The notes under the pieces were generated by a model. The model did not search any database. It was given only the letters and a program-made list of their open reading frames with translations, and was not told the origin of the DNA. Made by a program: the position numbers and the translations under genes. A stretch of 64,000 nt of DNA from Octopus bimaculoides (taxonomy: Eukaryota). Position 1 is the first letter of the stretch. Every line of letters starts with the position of its first letter. The stretch spans positions 96,619,311 to 96,683,310 of the forward strand of contig NC_068989.1 in assembly GCF_001194135.2 (NCBI RefSeq), given 5' to 3'. Below, piece after piece: positions 25,396 through 39,870 of the stretch.

Positions 25396-26220
25396 AATCA
25401 TCATCATCGTTTAATGTCCGTTTTCCATGCTGGCATGGGTTGGACGGTTTAACTGGGAACTGGCAAGCCAGAAGACCACACCAGGCTCCAATCTGATCTG
25501 GCAATGTTTCTACAGCTGGATGCCCTTCTTCACACCAACCACTCCGAGAGTGTAATGGGTGCTTTTTATGTGCCACCAGCACAGGAGCCAGTCAGGTGGC
25601 ACTGGCATCAGCCATGTTCGGACAGTGCTTTTTGCGTGCCACCAGTACAGGAGCCATTTGGGTTGGGGGAGCTGGCATCAATCACGTTTGGAAGGTGCTT
25701 TATTGCATACCACCAAAACAGGAGCCAGTCAGGTGAGACTGGCATCGGACACAACTACAATTTCCATTTGATTGTGATTTGATTTAGTTTGATTTTGATT
25801 TGGCTCAATAGGTTTCCTCAAGCACAGCATGTTGCCCAGTGATTCAAAGGTACTTTTTAAATGGGCTGATCATACGACACTGGTGTAGGCTATGGCTGTG
25901 ATCTCACTTTCCTTGCCGGATCTTCTCCATCACAGCATATCTCCAAAGGTCTCGGTCTTTCGTCATTGCCTCTGTGAGCCCCAATGTTCGAAGGTCATGC
26001 TTCACCAGCTCATCCCATGTCTTCCTGGGTCTTCCTCTACCATGGGTTTTTTCCACTGTTAGGGAGTGACATTTCTTCACACAGCTCTCCTCATCCATAC
26101 ACATCACATGACCATACCAATGCAGTCGTCTCTCTTGCACGTCACATCTGATGCTTCTTATGTCCAACTTTTCTCTCAGGGCGCTTACACTCTGTAGTGT
26201 ATGCACACTGACATTGCATT
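25395..26220 (-). mobile_element. 5'-truncated RTE-LINE
   Basis: ORF 25904-26206 QERRLHWYGHVMCMDEESCVKKC..RGRPRKTWDELVKHDL.., followed by the 3' UTR subrepeats and tail. Confidence 0.9.
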
Positions 26221-26827
26221 TTTAGTTGAGTAAGCTGGAACAAAGTGAAGTGAAGTGCCTTGCTCAAGGACACTATATGCCGTTTTGTCTAGGAATTGAA
26301 CTGATAACTTTACAGTCATGAGGTGAATGACCTGTTAGGCCCCATAGAAAGCCTTTGCTTTGACCTCTCTGAATGTGAAAAAGAATGAGTAGAAATAATT
26401 AAGCAAAGTTGATTTTTTGGGAACCTAAAACATTGAAGTTTATTGAAAAGGGAGTGAGAGAAGAAAGAAGAAAAGGTGAGATGGAAGTTTATAGAAAAAG
26501 TGGAAGGTTGAAAAATCAGAAAACAAAAAAAGTAATCAGAAAAAGCAAAGGGGGAAAGAGTTATCTCCCATAGACCATAAATTATAAGGCTGAAAAAAAG
26601 AAATACTGGCTTGAGTTTATGGTATAATCAGAGAGAGGAGGAACTTCCCAATCCTTCAACAGGAACTGTGTGTACAACTGCTGAAAATTTCGTATCTGGA
26701 GTTCAGCAGTGAGTTAGGGATCTTCGATATGAAAGGATCTGAGCTCTTTCAGCTAAGCATAGCTTACATTATTTGATCCGTTAGCTAAGGGTGTCGATAT
26801 TTTGATTATTTTCCACTTTATTTTATT

Positions 26828-26876
<49 letters not shown>

Positions 26877-27025
26877 ATAAAAGAAATTAGACAATTACAA
26901 TTCTGCACTTCATGTTTAAATTTGAATGAAGTGATACACAAGTATTCAACTATGAGTGCAATTGCATCTTATTGCAGAAATGGTTGAAAGTTAATGAAGT
27001 CCGTGACTATAAATTTTTCCTATCG

Positions 27026-27089
<64 letters not shown>

Positions 27090-28282
27090 CATAAAAAATC
27101 AAAATAAGCAACACGGTTACTTATTTTGATTTTTTGATCACCTAGTTTTTGGAATGGTTTTTGTATAATACCATACCATACTATATTCTGGTGCCTAAAC
27201 ATAAGTACCATATTCAATTTTGAATCTAAATCTAAACCTTATATATATATNNNNNNNNNNNNNNNNNNNNNNNNNNNNNNNNNNNNNNNNNNNNNNNNNN
27301 NNNNNNNNNNNNNNNNNNNNNNNNNNNNNNNNNNNNNNNNNNNNNNNNNNNNNNNNNNNNNNNNNNNNNNNNNNNNNNNNNNNNNNNNNNNNNNNNNNNN
27401 NNNNNNNNNNNNNNNNTATATATATATATATATATGATATTTATATATATAATATTCATATTATATGATATATATGCACATTATATTATATATGATAATG
27501 ATGATGATGATGATGAATGGAATTTGTTTTGTTGCAAATGTTGAGGCTGTGTCTCTGTTTAGAGAATAATTCCCTTTCTCCACTTTCAATGTTCTTGGAA
27601 GCTTTCAAAACAAAAATATTAAGCAGCGTGGAAGCTGCCCTTTCTTTTCTGACTAAATAGGGAGAAAAACAAAGGAAATGTCTTAAAATTTTCATATCCA
27701 AAATTAAACTTTTCATTCATAATTTTATGAACAAACCGCTTTGTTAAGTTATGGTTGAAACACCAGTTTAATGATGAAAAAGTAAGTTACTTTTATTAAA
27801 TCCTTTCAAATTCTTCAAACAGGCCAAAAATTTCATGAAAAATATGTTTAAAGAAAGGTTTACTGCCTTATCTCCAGACACAACTCTATGGCAATAAGTG
27901 GATATGCATTGTCTTATTACTCAATAATACTCTAACACACACACACAATATGATGATCATCATCATCGTTTAACATTTGCCTTCCATGCTAGCATGGGTG
28001 GGAGTATAAATACATGTATATGCTTACATAAGCATATATGTTCATGTGTGTGTGTGTTCAGCAAGAATTGCTTGTTCCAATTACAGAATGCCTGTCTACA
28101 GAAAATGTGGGTCCAAGTTTTGTGTGCAGTCTTCAACTTTCTCCATCCCAAAAGGATTTTCAACCCAATATTTACATGCTGTTTATATAGCTTTATGTGC
28201 TTCAAGATCCCTCTTTCCAAAAGAGAATTTTATATATATGTCATCAGTCAGAGTTATTTCAAGATTTGTAGCCAATAGAGAA

Positions 28283-28660
28283 AGAGCCAGTTTCTAACCT
28301 AGATCTTAGGTTCCTTCATTGGAATTTCAACAACATCAACAGGTTATCTTTGTATGTGTGCAGATTTGTATGTTTTAATTTATGTATGCATTCTCCTGCA
28401 TATAGTTGCATATCTAGACATGCTCATATATACTTAAATGATAAACTTCTGGAAAGTTTTACAGATTTTTACAGTTCCAGTGATGGATTGGATCTGTAGT
28501 CTTCGAATCAGCTTTCTCTTTTCTGGTTTTGAGAATCCTAATTTCTCAAGATTGGTATTTAGGCACTGTGTTACATATCCAAGGGCCCCAGTAATTACTT
28601 GTAATCTGGATAGAATGGCTGAAGATTCCTCAATAGTTCAGCATAGATATTTTTTTTTCA
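28283..28660 (-). mobile_element. REL-type LINE C-terminus and 3' UTR
   Basis: NIYAELLRNLQPFYPDY..VITGALGYVTQCLNTNLEKLGFSKPEKRKLIRRLQIQSITGTVKICKTFQKFII*. Confidence 0.7.
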
Positions 28661-28940
28661 CTGATCTTTAGCTTTATGCTATAACATCCACTGGGCAGCT
28701 GACTTCCATGTACGTAGGTATGTATGTAATCATCACACACACACACACATATAATGAATGAATGAATAAATAAATGAATGAATGAATGAATGGATGGATG
28801 GACAAAAACAAGAAAAAGCACAAGAGGGACAAGTTTTCACAAAGGTGTTGTGTTTTTAGTTGAAAAGGAAAATGATTTTTGATGTTTAAGACATGGAGTC
28901 CTTCATCAGAAAAAAGAAGACAGAGGGAAGAGAAAAGTGT

Positions 28941-28977
<37 letters not shown>

Positions 28978-31864
28978 CACATATAAGTTACTACAAATAC
29001 ACTTCATGTAATGAAACAAACTATAAACTGATTTAAATATCGCTCACACAAGTGAGATGGTAAAAAAACATGACATTAGATTCATGACTAATTTCAGTTA
29101 TGAAACATAGGAGAGATATCGAAAACCTCAACAGCTTCCTCTCAGTCGTTTTGTTAATAATGTAGACAGCTAACACCCCTTAATCCTAAACCTTTGGGAT
29201 CAGTTGTGGCATTAAATGGAAATGACCAAAGATAAATAAATGAATAAAATTGAAAAATAGTATGAAATGCAAGAAATATAAGCAGCAGTTAAATGTGACA
29301 GGTAAGAAAGAAAAAAAGAAAAGTGATAAAACTTCTTCTAAGTGGTAAATAAAAATTGTTGTGGCAGATAAAATTGTTCATTTGAAGAAATGCGTTAGAA
29401 ATAACATGTTGTAAATTTGTTTGAGTAAAATAAATAGAAGATATGTAGTCATCTAAGAATCCATAAGTCAGAATAAATAGGTATTCACATATTTGTCAAT
29501 AGAGTGGGTATGTTTATCAAAGTATACATACAGTATTAGAGATCCATTTCTGCCGATCTTACCAGTCGGTTTCACACAGGATATTTGGTAATTAGATGAT
29601 TACTCAAGACTGTGTTCATGAGAGTTCTTGATATAGAAAACTAAAAATAGTTATAGCCCTCTGTTACCGGAAGTCTCAAGAAATGTCTCATGGTTGCTAT
29701 GCAAAAGACAAAACAAAGATATGGGAAACAGAGATGGAATTCCATCAGGAGTTATGCCTGTTGCCCAAACCCAAAATACCTGAGTGAGTGGTAACTGCTA
29801 GCAAATTGCAATTTGGATGTGAATGGTGCAGATAATATGTTTGTATCATTAGAATTCAAAAGATTGGAGTCAGCCTTGCAGTGATGTGTCCTCTGCTATG
29901 TAGAAAAATCTACAGTTCTCTTTTTTTTCTTCGGCTAAAAAAAAAACAGAAAAAAGCTCCTGACTATATTTTGTACTAAAATTTCATGAGTTGTGAGAAA
30001 TCAACAACCAACGATGAGATGTGAAAGTACAAGTCAGTCAGTAAATCGTAGAAATCAAGCAAAGTCATCCAGGTCAGCAATTTTGAAGGAGTGGTGGTGG
30101 AGGAGGAGGAGGAGGTGGAGNNNNNNNNNNNNNNNNNNNNNNNNNNNNNNNNNNNNNNNNNNNNNNNNNNNNNNNNNNNNNNNNNNNNNNNNNNNNNNNN
30201 NNNNNNNNNNNNNNNNNNNNNNNNNNNNNNNNNNNNNNNNNNNNNNNNNNNNNNNNNNNNNNNNNNNNNNNNNGGAGGAGGGGTAGGTGGCAGAGGTCAA
30301 TACTATTCACTGGTATTTTGTTTTATCAATCTTGGAAGGGTGAAAGGCAAAGTTGATCTCAGTGGGATTAGAATGTAAAAAGGAACCAGAAGAAATACTG
30401 AAAGCCGTTTCTTCTGATGGTCTAACAATTCTGCTAGCTGAACCCCTTCATCATAATTAATTTTGCAGAGCACTACAAGATATCTGGATTATAACATGAT
30501 AGGCAGAACCAAGTCGCTGAATACTACTTTCCGTATTTATTTACCTTGGTTTTGTGAGTCAGAAATGTTATGTTTAGGAAAAGAGCCAATGTGTCTTCAG
30601 ATAGCTACAAGTCTTTTGAAAAAAACAGTCATCTAGAAAAGCAGACGGATGGTATCACAGAAAAAGACAAGAACGTTTCTACTATAGGTTATAAAATTCA
30701 CAGGTTGCTAAATCTATTTTGAAAAATTATTTACTCTATAAAGTAAACATCTATTTCTTATGGAAAATATTCTACCCCAAGAGCATTAATTCTTCTAAAT
30801 GAAGTGATTTTTGAAACTATGGTGTATGAGAGTTGGGATTTAGACTTTCAGCTCTTTGGAGACAAACTTACCTCTTCTCTGTAATATTTGCCACAATTTT
30901 AGATAAATTTGAAAACCTACTTTGAACTCTGCAAAGAATTATAGTTTAAAAATAGTTTTGCTTTAATATGTTGACTCCATATTTTTCTGGAGAAATTTTC
31001 AAAAATTTGTTTTCCTAAATCACTGGAGGACTTTTTCAAAATTCTTTTTGCATTCTGGAAATTGAATGGGTTCTAACAGGAATGGTTCAGAGATCAAAAA
31101 TCAAAGGAAATATTTATTTCTACCTTTTATTGTTCACCAACTATTAAGATTTTTTTTTTTTAGCTAGAAACTCTAAATTTGAAGAACTCCAGCATAGAAA
31201 GAGGCCTTTTTTTGTCATTGGTTGGTTAATGCTTTTTTTGTTTCATTTTGTTTGTCAATTTTTATTTCCATTTTTATTTTTTCCATTTACTTTGTTGTTT
31301 TTAATGCTACAGAGATTCAATATTTGATAATTTAATGCTCACAGTTTTAAACCTAAAACAAACAAACAAATAAAATCATCCTAGATATTTTAATTAGCTT
31401 CTTAGTATAGAAAGGTTATTTTGAAACTGTCACTGGTTCAATATATTATACAAAGCTGAATAAACAAACCCATTTATAAATATTTGTCTTTTTAAAAACC
31501 ATGGCTTCTAGTACAGATGTCATAGCAAAGTAGTGAGCGGCTAATAAATTACCACAAGGTAATTGGATATTAATTTCCAGCCATAGTAAACATATAATTT
31601 CCATGAATCTGATATAACTCAGGTGTTCTGAATTATATTCTGCAAACTATAAATTTCCAACAATAACTGCTGTAGAATTCTGAACCGAAATCAAATAAAT
31701 AAAAGCAAGCAACAACTTCCATGAAATTTGAGTGAAGATAATTGACATTGTTCATAATTAAAAGGGCCATAAACACTCTAAAATATCTATCAGCAAATGT
31801 TTGGCAATTAAATCTAAATATTTTGCTTGTGAATGATCTTGCAGCTTTCATAGTAGTGTTGCTT

Positions 31865-31865
<1 letters not shown>

Positions 31866-31896
<31 letters not shown>

Positions 31897-31913
31897 GTTG
31901 TTGCTGTTGCTGC

Positions 31914-31967
<54 letters not shown>
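31866..31967. repeat. Compound (TTA)n-(TTG)n microsatellite
   Basis: Direct inspection. It produces the poly-L, poly-N and poly-C ORFs. Confidence 0.95.
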
Positions 31968-33168
31968 AGGTGGTTTTACCATGACAGTTATTCACACTGT
32001 CTAACTAAAATTGGCCCTAAATCAAGAAGCTGCATTCAGTTTCAGTAAAGACCTCATTAATTTTGCAGTGCTCCCACTGTTTACAGCCTTAAGCTCTGTA
32101 TTATCTTGAAATCCTGTTTTGAAAAGCACAAGACATATTAGAAAAATGTTGAAAGCTGGCAGATGTAAATCTGTTCTTTATTAGGGGACAATAACCATTG
32201 AACTATATTGAGTGCTATCTGCAGAGATGTTCATCATAAAAAGAAGGTTCTACCAAAGCTAAGACAATGGATTGAAATTCCTGGCTCAGCAGAGTGAAAT
32301 TCATTTCACTCATGGGTGCTTGATGCTGAGAATAAAATCAAGAGACCTAAACACACTTCATTCTGACTCATAAATTCCTTTATTTTACATCTAACTCATA
32401 AATTCCTTCATGTTATATCTGACTTATTAATTCGTTCCTGTTGCATGTGATATCTCAACCTCTTACATTATGTCTCACTGATGAGGTCTAATCTGTCTGA
32501 AACGTGCTTGGATTTGATGAACTTGCCACTCTATTCATTAACATCAGGTTTACTCCCCCACTGCATTCTATAATTAATCCTGGGCTTCTCTTTCTCCACC
32601 ACTTTAAAAATGAATCATTTACATACTGAATGTTCTCGTAACTTGCAAAGTAAGTTTTATTAATTAAAATTTCCTGGCCCACTCCATTACCAGCCATTTT
32701 ACTATTAAGTTTTCTTGCAGCAGGGGTCCTGAGTCATTTCCTATCCCCACTCACTCATTGTCATATTTATAGTTTTACCTGATCTCTTCTTATCTTTTCT
32801 AACTATGCTCACCTTGCCAACAGACAAATCCACCCCATTAAGAATTTCTCACAGAAGCTTGAAAGCTTACAATTCTTTTCACTAACATGTAGCAATAGTT
32901 GTTGTTATTGTTGTTGAAGACGTTGATGCTATTGTTTCCGATGTTGTTGTTATTGCTGCTGTTAAAACCATTTGTGATGTTTCAGATAAAAGGGAATATT
33001 GCAGAGCTGCGTAAAGGACATATAACCACTTATAGATTAATAAATGTATTTTGTCATTTAGTTTTAGCAAAGAAATAGAAAACTTTTTTTGTTTTAGATT
33101 CTGAAGTCAGCAAAAATGTGACAAAATAAAAAAACTTTTCCAAAATCATATTTAAATGCTTAAAACAA

Positions 33169-33207
<39 letters not shown>

Positions 33208-33383
33208 TGAGCAAGTATACACACACACACACACATACACATATGATTTTTAAAAATGTGTTTGTCCACATCTTTGAAATATCTACATACATGTGCCTAA
33301 TAAATATACACATGTGCAGACATACTGTACACAAATATGCACATACATATATATGTGGGAATATGTATATATGTATATATGTA

Positions 33384-33415
<32 letters not shown>

Positions 33416-33510
33416 GATATATCTATATATGCATGTATATTATGTATATGTGTGTGTGTATATATATGTATGTATATGTATATATGTATATATATGTATG
33501 TGTGTGTGTT

Positions 33511-33549
<39 letters not shown>

Positions 33550-33646
33550 ATAAAATGTCTGCATACAAAAGTTTACTATATATCAACATTGTGAAAAAGT
33601 TAGCTGTGGAAAGAAAATAGAATATATACCCTTATATATATATATA

Positions 33647-34363
33647 NNNNNNNNNNNNNNNNNNNNNNNNNNNNNNNNNNNNNNNNNNNNNNNNNNNNNN
33701 NNNNNNNNNNNNNNNNNNNNNNNNNNNNNNNNNNNNNNNNNNNNNNNNNNNNNNNNNNNNNNNNNNNNNNNNNNNNNNNNNNNNNNNNNNNNNNNNNNNN
33801 NNNNNNNNNNNNNNNNNNNNNNNNNNNNNNNNNNNNNNNNNNNNNNNNNNNNNNNNNNNNNNNNNNNNNNNNNNNNNNNNNNNNNNNNNNNNNNNNNNNN
33901 NNNNNNNNNNNNNNNNNNNNNNNNNNNNNNNNNNNNNNNNNNNNNNNNNNNNNNNNNNNNNNNNNNNNNNNNNNNNNNNNNNNNNNNNNNNNNNNNNNNN
34001 NNNNNNNNNNNNNNNNNNNNNNNNNNNNNNNNNNNNNNNNNNNNNNNNNNNNNNNNNNNNNNNNNNNNNNNNNNNNNNNNNNNNNNNNNNNNNNNNNNNN
34101 NNNNNNNNNNNNNNNNNNNNNNNNNNNNNNNNNNNNNNNNNNNNNNNNNNNNNNNNNNNNNNNNNNNNNNNNNNNNNNNNNNNNNNNNNNNNNNNNNNNN
34201 NNNNNNNNNNNNNNNNNNNNNNNNNNNNNNNNNNNNNNNNNNNNNNNNNNNNNNNNNNNNNNNNNNNNNNNNNNNNNNNNNNNNNNNNNNNNNNNNNNNN
34301 NNNNNNNNNNNNNNNNNNNNNNNNNNNNNNNNNNNNNNNNNNNNNNNNNNNNNNNNNNNNNNN
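33647..34363. other. Largest assembly gap (717 N)
   Basis: N run flanked by TA repeats. Other gaps: 4896-4905, 7175-7184, 24126-24269, 27251-27416, 30121-30273, 42878-43013, 54151-54160, 61608-61617. Confidence 0.99.
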
Positions 34364-35060
34364 TATGAGTATTTATATACACATATTTGTTTGTGTCTAT
34401 TTTTGTGTGTATGTGAGTGCATATATATGTTATGCATATATATACCTGTAAGCATACACATGTGTATATATTTCACTATATGATATTACACACACACACA
34501 CTCACACTGTTCAAAGTTAGAACAAAATTGAAAGTGACTTTATATAACTCTTCTTGTAGTTTAGATCATACATCCATACAACTTAGATTTAAATGCAATA
34601 TCTATCTATCCAACCTATCGTTCTATTTATCTCCATATATATGAGCAAACATATATGTATGTATGTATGTGTATGTATGTGTGTATGTCTGTATGTATGT
34701 ATGTATGTTTGTATGTATGTTTGTATGTATGTATGTATGTATGTATATGTCTGCAACAATGAGATATTTCTGCAACAATGAGATATTTCTGCTGTTTGGG
34801 TTGGTCAAGTTGAATAAGAAGCCTGTGTGATATTTTAAATACAAAACTATTTATTTTATTGTTAAATAAAACAGTTTATGGTTACAATGACCAATGACAG
34901 AAAAGATGTTTGCACCAAGTTTATGAAATATTTTTATGTTTCTAGCAAAATGTAGTGACCTTTGTTGTGTGATTGTAACAACCATTCGAGTGTGGTTGTC
35001 ACCAGTGTCACCTGACTGGCTCCTGTGCTGGTGGCACGTACAAAGCACCATTCGAGCGTG

Positions 35061-35110
<50 letters not shown>

Positions 35111-35769
35111 ATGTGTGTGTGTGCAAGTGTGTGTGCTTTATCCTGACATCATGTGACATAGTAGTAAATGAGAGCCACCATCATACAAGTGGTCTTCTGT
35201 TCATTTCCAATCTTCCACGAAAACATGTCTGGCCTTGGAAACAAGTGAGAAAAGGCCACAGGAAGGACAGTTGGCTGTATAACTTCTGCTTTAAGGAATT
35301 CCATCTGACCTATTCAAGCAATATTAAAAGGTCAATATTAAAATGATAATGGTAATGGTGATAAGGAATGAATAAAAGCACAGCCAGCCATCATTTGTGA
35401 TCATGGGAGGCTTGGTAATATGTGTCATTCTTTTGCTAAATATTTTTGGTCCCTAGTCACCAGCAGGCACCCTCTTACCCCACCTGCCATATCACCCTTG
35501 ATCCAACAGAACATCCAAGAATTGACAGCTGAAGAGAGTAAAAGGTCTGCACCAGTACCATTTGACCCTCAAGACAGATGAGTTGACAGGAGCAATGTGA
35601 AATGAAGTGCCTCCTTGTTTCAAGGATACAATGTACTCCTTGTTGCAGAAATGAAACCATTAACTTTATGGTGATGAACCAAAACCACAAACCCTCATTT
35701 TGGAGAAAGACTATTGCTGATGGAACTGACATGAATCCATTACTTATTATTTTATCAAGCTCTGTAGAT

Positions 35770-35802
<33 letters not shown>

Positions 35803-36055
35803 GTTTAACGTCCGCTTTCCATGCTAGCATGGGTTGGACGATTTGACTGAGGACTGGTGAAACCGGATGGCAACACCAGGCTCCAATCTAATTTGGCAGA
35901 GTTTCTACAGCTGGATGCCCTTCCTAACGCCAACCACTCAGAGAGTGTAGTGGGTGCTTTTACGTGTCACCCGCACGAAAACGGCCACGCTCGAAATGGT
36001 GTCTTTTATGTGCCACCTGCACAAGCCAGTCCAGGGGCACTGGCAACGATCTCGC
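35770..36055 (-). mobile_element. Young RTE-LINE 3' UTR/tail
   Basis: (CAT)n-cgtttaacgtccgctttccatgctagcatgggttggacg.., CpG-intact and almost identical to the reverse complement of 43014-43235. Confidence 0.9.
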
Positions 36056-38444
36056 TCGAAAAAAAATGTTCAGAGGAAGGATATGCTCTTAGAAGAATAT
36101 AGAAACAAGATCATTTTTGACCAAAATACATTTTGTTTATTTTACTTTGGAAATAAATGCCTTACATTTTAATGGGGCCACGTTCTTGTTTCTCCACTAA
36201 GAGTTGAAAACCTATTGCTCTCTTTATTTGCCATACAATCAACTCTTATTCAATGGGAAAATATTACAACAGATTACATTAGGAAAATATTTAGCTGACA
36301 TTATTTATTCATTTACAACATTTTTATTATTTCTCTCAAATGAAATATTTACTTGGAATTTAGATTACTAAACTTCTGGACAAACACAAACTAACCTGTA
36401 GCCATTATATTAATCTCTGACTTATTTCTCTCTTTTTCTCTTTTATCCCTCAAGGAAAATAAATATTTAAGAAAAGAATAGAATATATGGCTCTTACATT
36501 ATTAGAAAATTCTAGAATAGTGAAATGTTTTCTTAATTTCTTCCACCTGTTTATTGTCATATTTACCATTGTTTAAAATGTCTGTGATAGAGAAAGATTG
36601 TGTTTTCATTATAAAAGAAATAATTATTTGAAACATAATAAGGATTCTATTTTATGAAATTTTTATAATTTCTTTTAAATGAACATATAAAAACAATGAT
36701 TTCCATTGCATTTAACTGGGAAATTGTCTGTCTGCCTGTCTGTCTGTCTCTCTATTATTTCTGAGTGGATTGGTAGAACAATCAGTGTTTTATGTAGTCA
36801 CTTTCAGTCAGTTGCAAAGATATTTTCCCAATCATTCTTTTGACTGTTAGGGCTTGGTAAAAAAAAATAAAGTCATGATATGTCAGTCTATTGCTGTATG
36901 AATCCTTCTTCATACCTGAAGGTTTTTCATTATACTACTGACTTATTAATTAACTTGCCCTGTTAACATTTAGCAGGACATCATGAGAAGTGACCAAAAT
37001 TTCTCTTGAAGTAAATGCATATATCTTCTTATGTAAAATATTTTACTTTATTGTAAACTTTTGCCTACATTCATTGTACACATCGATGAATCTCTGTCTT
37101 TTGTAATATTACTGAGGCACCTCAGTTTTCTTGAATTTTGTGATTGCCAAAGGAACCTGGTTTATATTAAATGGGAGCAGGCTTGGCTTTGTGGTTGAGA
37201 AGTTTGGCTTGATTCACAACCATATTGGTTTCAAACTCAATCACAAATTGCCGTACCTTCGACAACTAGCTTCTGCTGTGGCCTTGCAGTCACCAATTTC
37301 TTGTCAGTGGAATTTGGGATGCAAAAACAGTACGGATTTGTGCGCATGCACCCACACATAGGGATTCAACACATTTTCCATTTATCAAATTAACTTGTAA
37401 GGTATTAGTTAATCTGAGTTTATAGTAGAAGACACTTTCTAAAAGGGTGGTGTTGAGAAAGATTTAGCTGCTATTTCTAGATGATCCATCTTTGGCTTGT
37501 AGAACAAGATTCTTCTTTAACTTTGTGATTTATTCTATGTTAGCAAAAAAGTTGAACTCTCAACCTTTGATCAATACTCCTCTACCTTCATTACACATTA
37601 AGCACACTTTTATTGCTTCTTGCATCACAAATTTGTTTCTTTCCCAACATTAATAATATTTTTGTTGCAGTTTTTCATTTACCTTCTCTAAAATTTTATG
37701 ATTTTTAGCTTCATTGTGATGTGGCATCATTTTATATTCATCAGTGTCTATCATTTTAGTTTGTTCACAATGAATCACATTCAGATTATATCAGATTCAT
37801 CATTGATATATCGTTTTACTATTTCATTGTTTCAAATCATCTTAGCTTTATCATGATGTATCCTTTTAGCTTTATTATAGATACCATAAAGTATCAATAA
37901 TGCATAATAGTCTACACTATTTATTATATATCATTTTATCCCTAACCTTGTCTTTCCTTACAGCTGCTCTATAATATGTTCTTTTCCGCCATAGTTGCAT
38001 AATTTCATCGTGATATATTATTTCACCTTCTCCATGATGTTATATTTTTCATTTGCTAAGATTAAAAATTAAATATTACTTGTATTTCATGTCTATCATT
38101 GGGAAACTCTTATACAATGAAATATATGTACTTTAATACGTTACACAAATGCTGGTATTTACCGAAACAGCTGTCCACTCTAGCTTGTTAAAAGCACTAC
38201 GCTCACTTTTCTTTAGTAATGAGTTCTTATAACAGCTTAGATACATCTCAGACTGGAATGGTTTGCTGGTTTTCTTTTCAATGGCAGCACATTTTTCACT
38301 AAACTATATCACTTGTATGATTTGAATTTCTCACTGCAAATAATAAATCACTCTTCTACTTCTTCTTACAACAAACTGAAAATGCTTACACCAAAATAAT
38401 AATCATTCTGTACAGTAACTCTAAACACAATGTCATATGAGTGG

Positions 38445-38597
<153 letters not shown>

Positions 38598-39379
38598 TAC
38601 ATATACATATATGTGCGTGTGTCTGTGTGTATATAAATATATATATTGTGAAGTGGTTGTTCATTAGGGAGAGTATCCAGTCATAGAACTATAGAACCAA
38701 ATCAGACAATGGATCCTGGTGTGGTTCCCACCATTACCAGCTCCTGTCAAACTGCCCAACCCATGCCAGCATGGAAAATGGACATTAAATGATGATGGTA
38801 TATGTATATATATATATATATACACTTGTAGGGATACCTGCCATTGCTTGGGATTAAAATGGTGTAGTTTGTATATATATTATAGGTATGTTGAAACAGG
38901 TGATATGGGAAAGTGCAGCATTGACAACAAAACATTTGTGGAGTAAATAGGGGGCTAATTCAAAAAAGTGACATGTCATGTGTCATCAGTTTGGAATATT
39001 CCAGACCCTAACCTGTCATGAAAAATTGGGGGTGTGGGGTATGAGATATGATTTTTGAGCATACTGAAAAGCTGTCAGGAGATATACTCTCCTTTGCAGC
39101 GTCTAATATGACCCATCATATGGTTGACAGTCAAATAAATGTAGGTGTAATGGAGATATTGTATGTAAATAGGTAAATTCCGGAAAGGGGCTGCAATGGG
39201 AAGTGAACTGTTGAAACGTCGCAGGAGGCGAAGGGTTGACATTGGATTGCTGGTGGGGCTGTAGAATAAGAGACATCAACTGAGCCTATGCAGTTGCATG
39301 AGAATGTGTAGTAATGAATCAGTTGAAAAAAATAAAGGGTAATAAGGCTTAACGCATGGTTGGTGGGAGTCATTGGAGA

Positions 39380-39870
39380 ATAGGCTTTGATACGGAAGCT
39401 GCTTTGTCATTGCAGTTTTTGGGTTTGTTGGTATTATGCTGAAATGGTATCCATCTTCCCCATTCAGAAAGAGCATTGGATACTGGAGCGCATCGCAGGA
39501 TGTGGTAATTCCTACAAAACCTCTTTGCTTTCCCTTGTGGAAAGAAATGCAAATAGATTTTTATTTTTTGCTTCCCACTCTAGAGCAGCCAACATATAAT
39601 CGCTCATGTGAGAAGTATGACTCTTCCAAGTGATGTCCAACCACAGGCAGTGGAATTTATTGATAGACATTGTGAAACTGATATGAACAGGAAACTGCAC
39701 TCTTCTGAATGAAGAAGGAATTTCTGCTTTCGATGAAATGTGAAGAATCCTGGGTATGAAAACATTCTTACCTTTTCCACATCCAGAGAGAATGGTGGCC
39801 TCAATAACTTGTAGCATAATCTTCTTTACCACCAGGCATGTCCTGTTGCAGAGTGTTTCAAAGTTAAATA
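39380..39870 (-). mobile_element. Helitron RepHel fragments (PIF1 helicase C-terminus joined to a Rep-upstream segment)
   Basis: LCNRTCLVVKK..VIEATILSGCGKGKNVFIPRI..FRRVQFPV..MSINK and FSHERLYVGCSRVGS, then DALQYPMLFLNGEDGYHF. Confidence 0.85.

Noticed and set aside
31633-31995. 120-aa minus ORF with faint GPCR TM7-like ending (FYLFDFGSEF)
   Set aside because: Begins in a poly-N microsatellite, lacks NPxxY or equivalent spacing, and has no other TM exons.
33583-34476. Longest ORFs in the track (297 and 260 aa)
   Set aside because: They consist of X residues from the 717-N gap.
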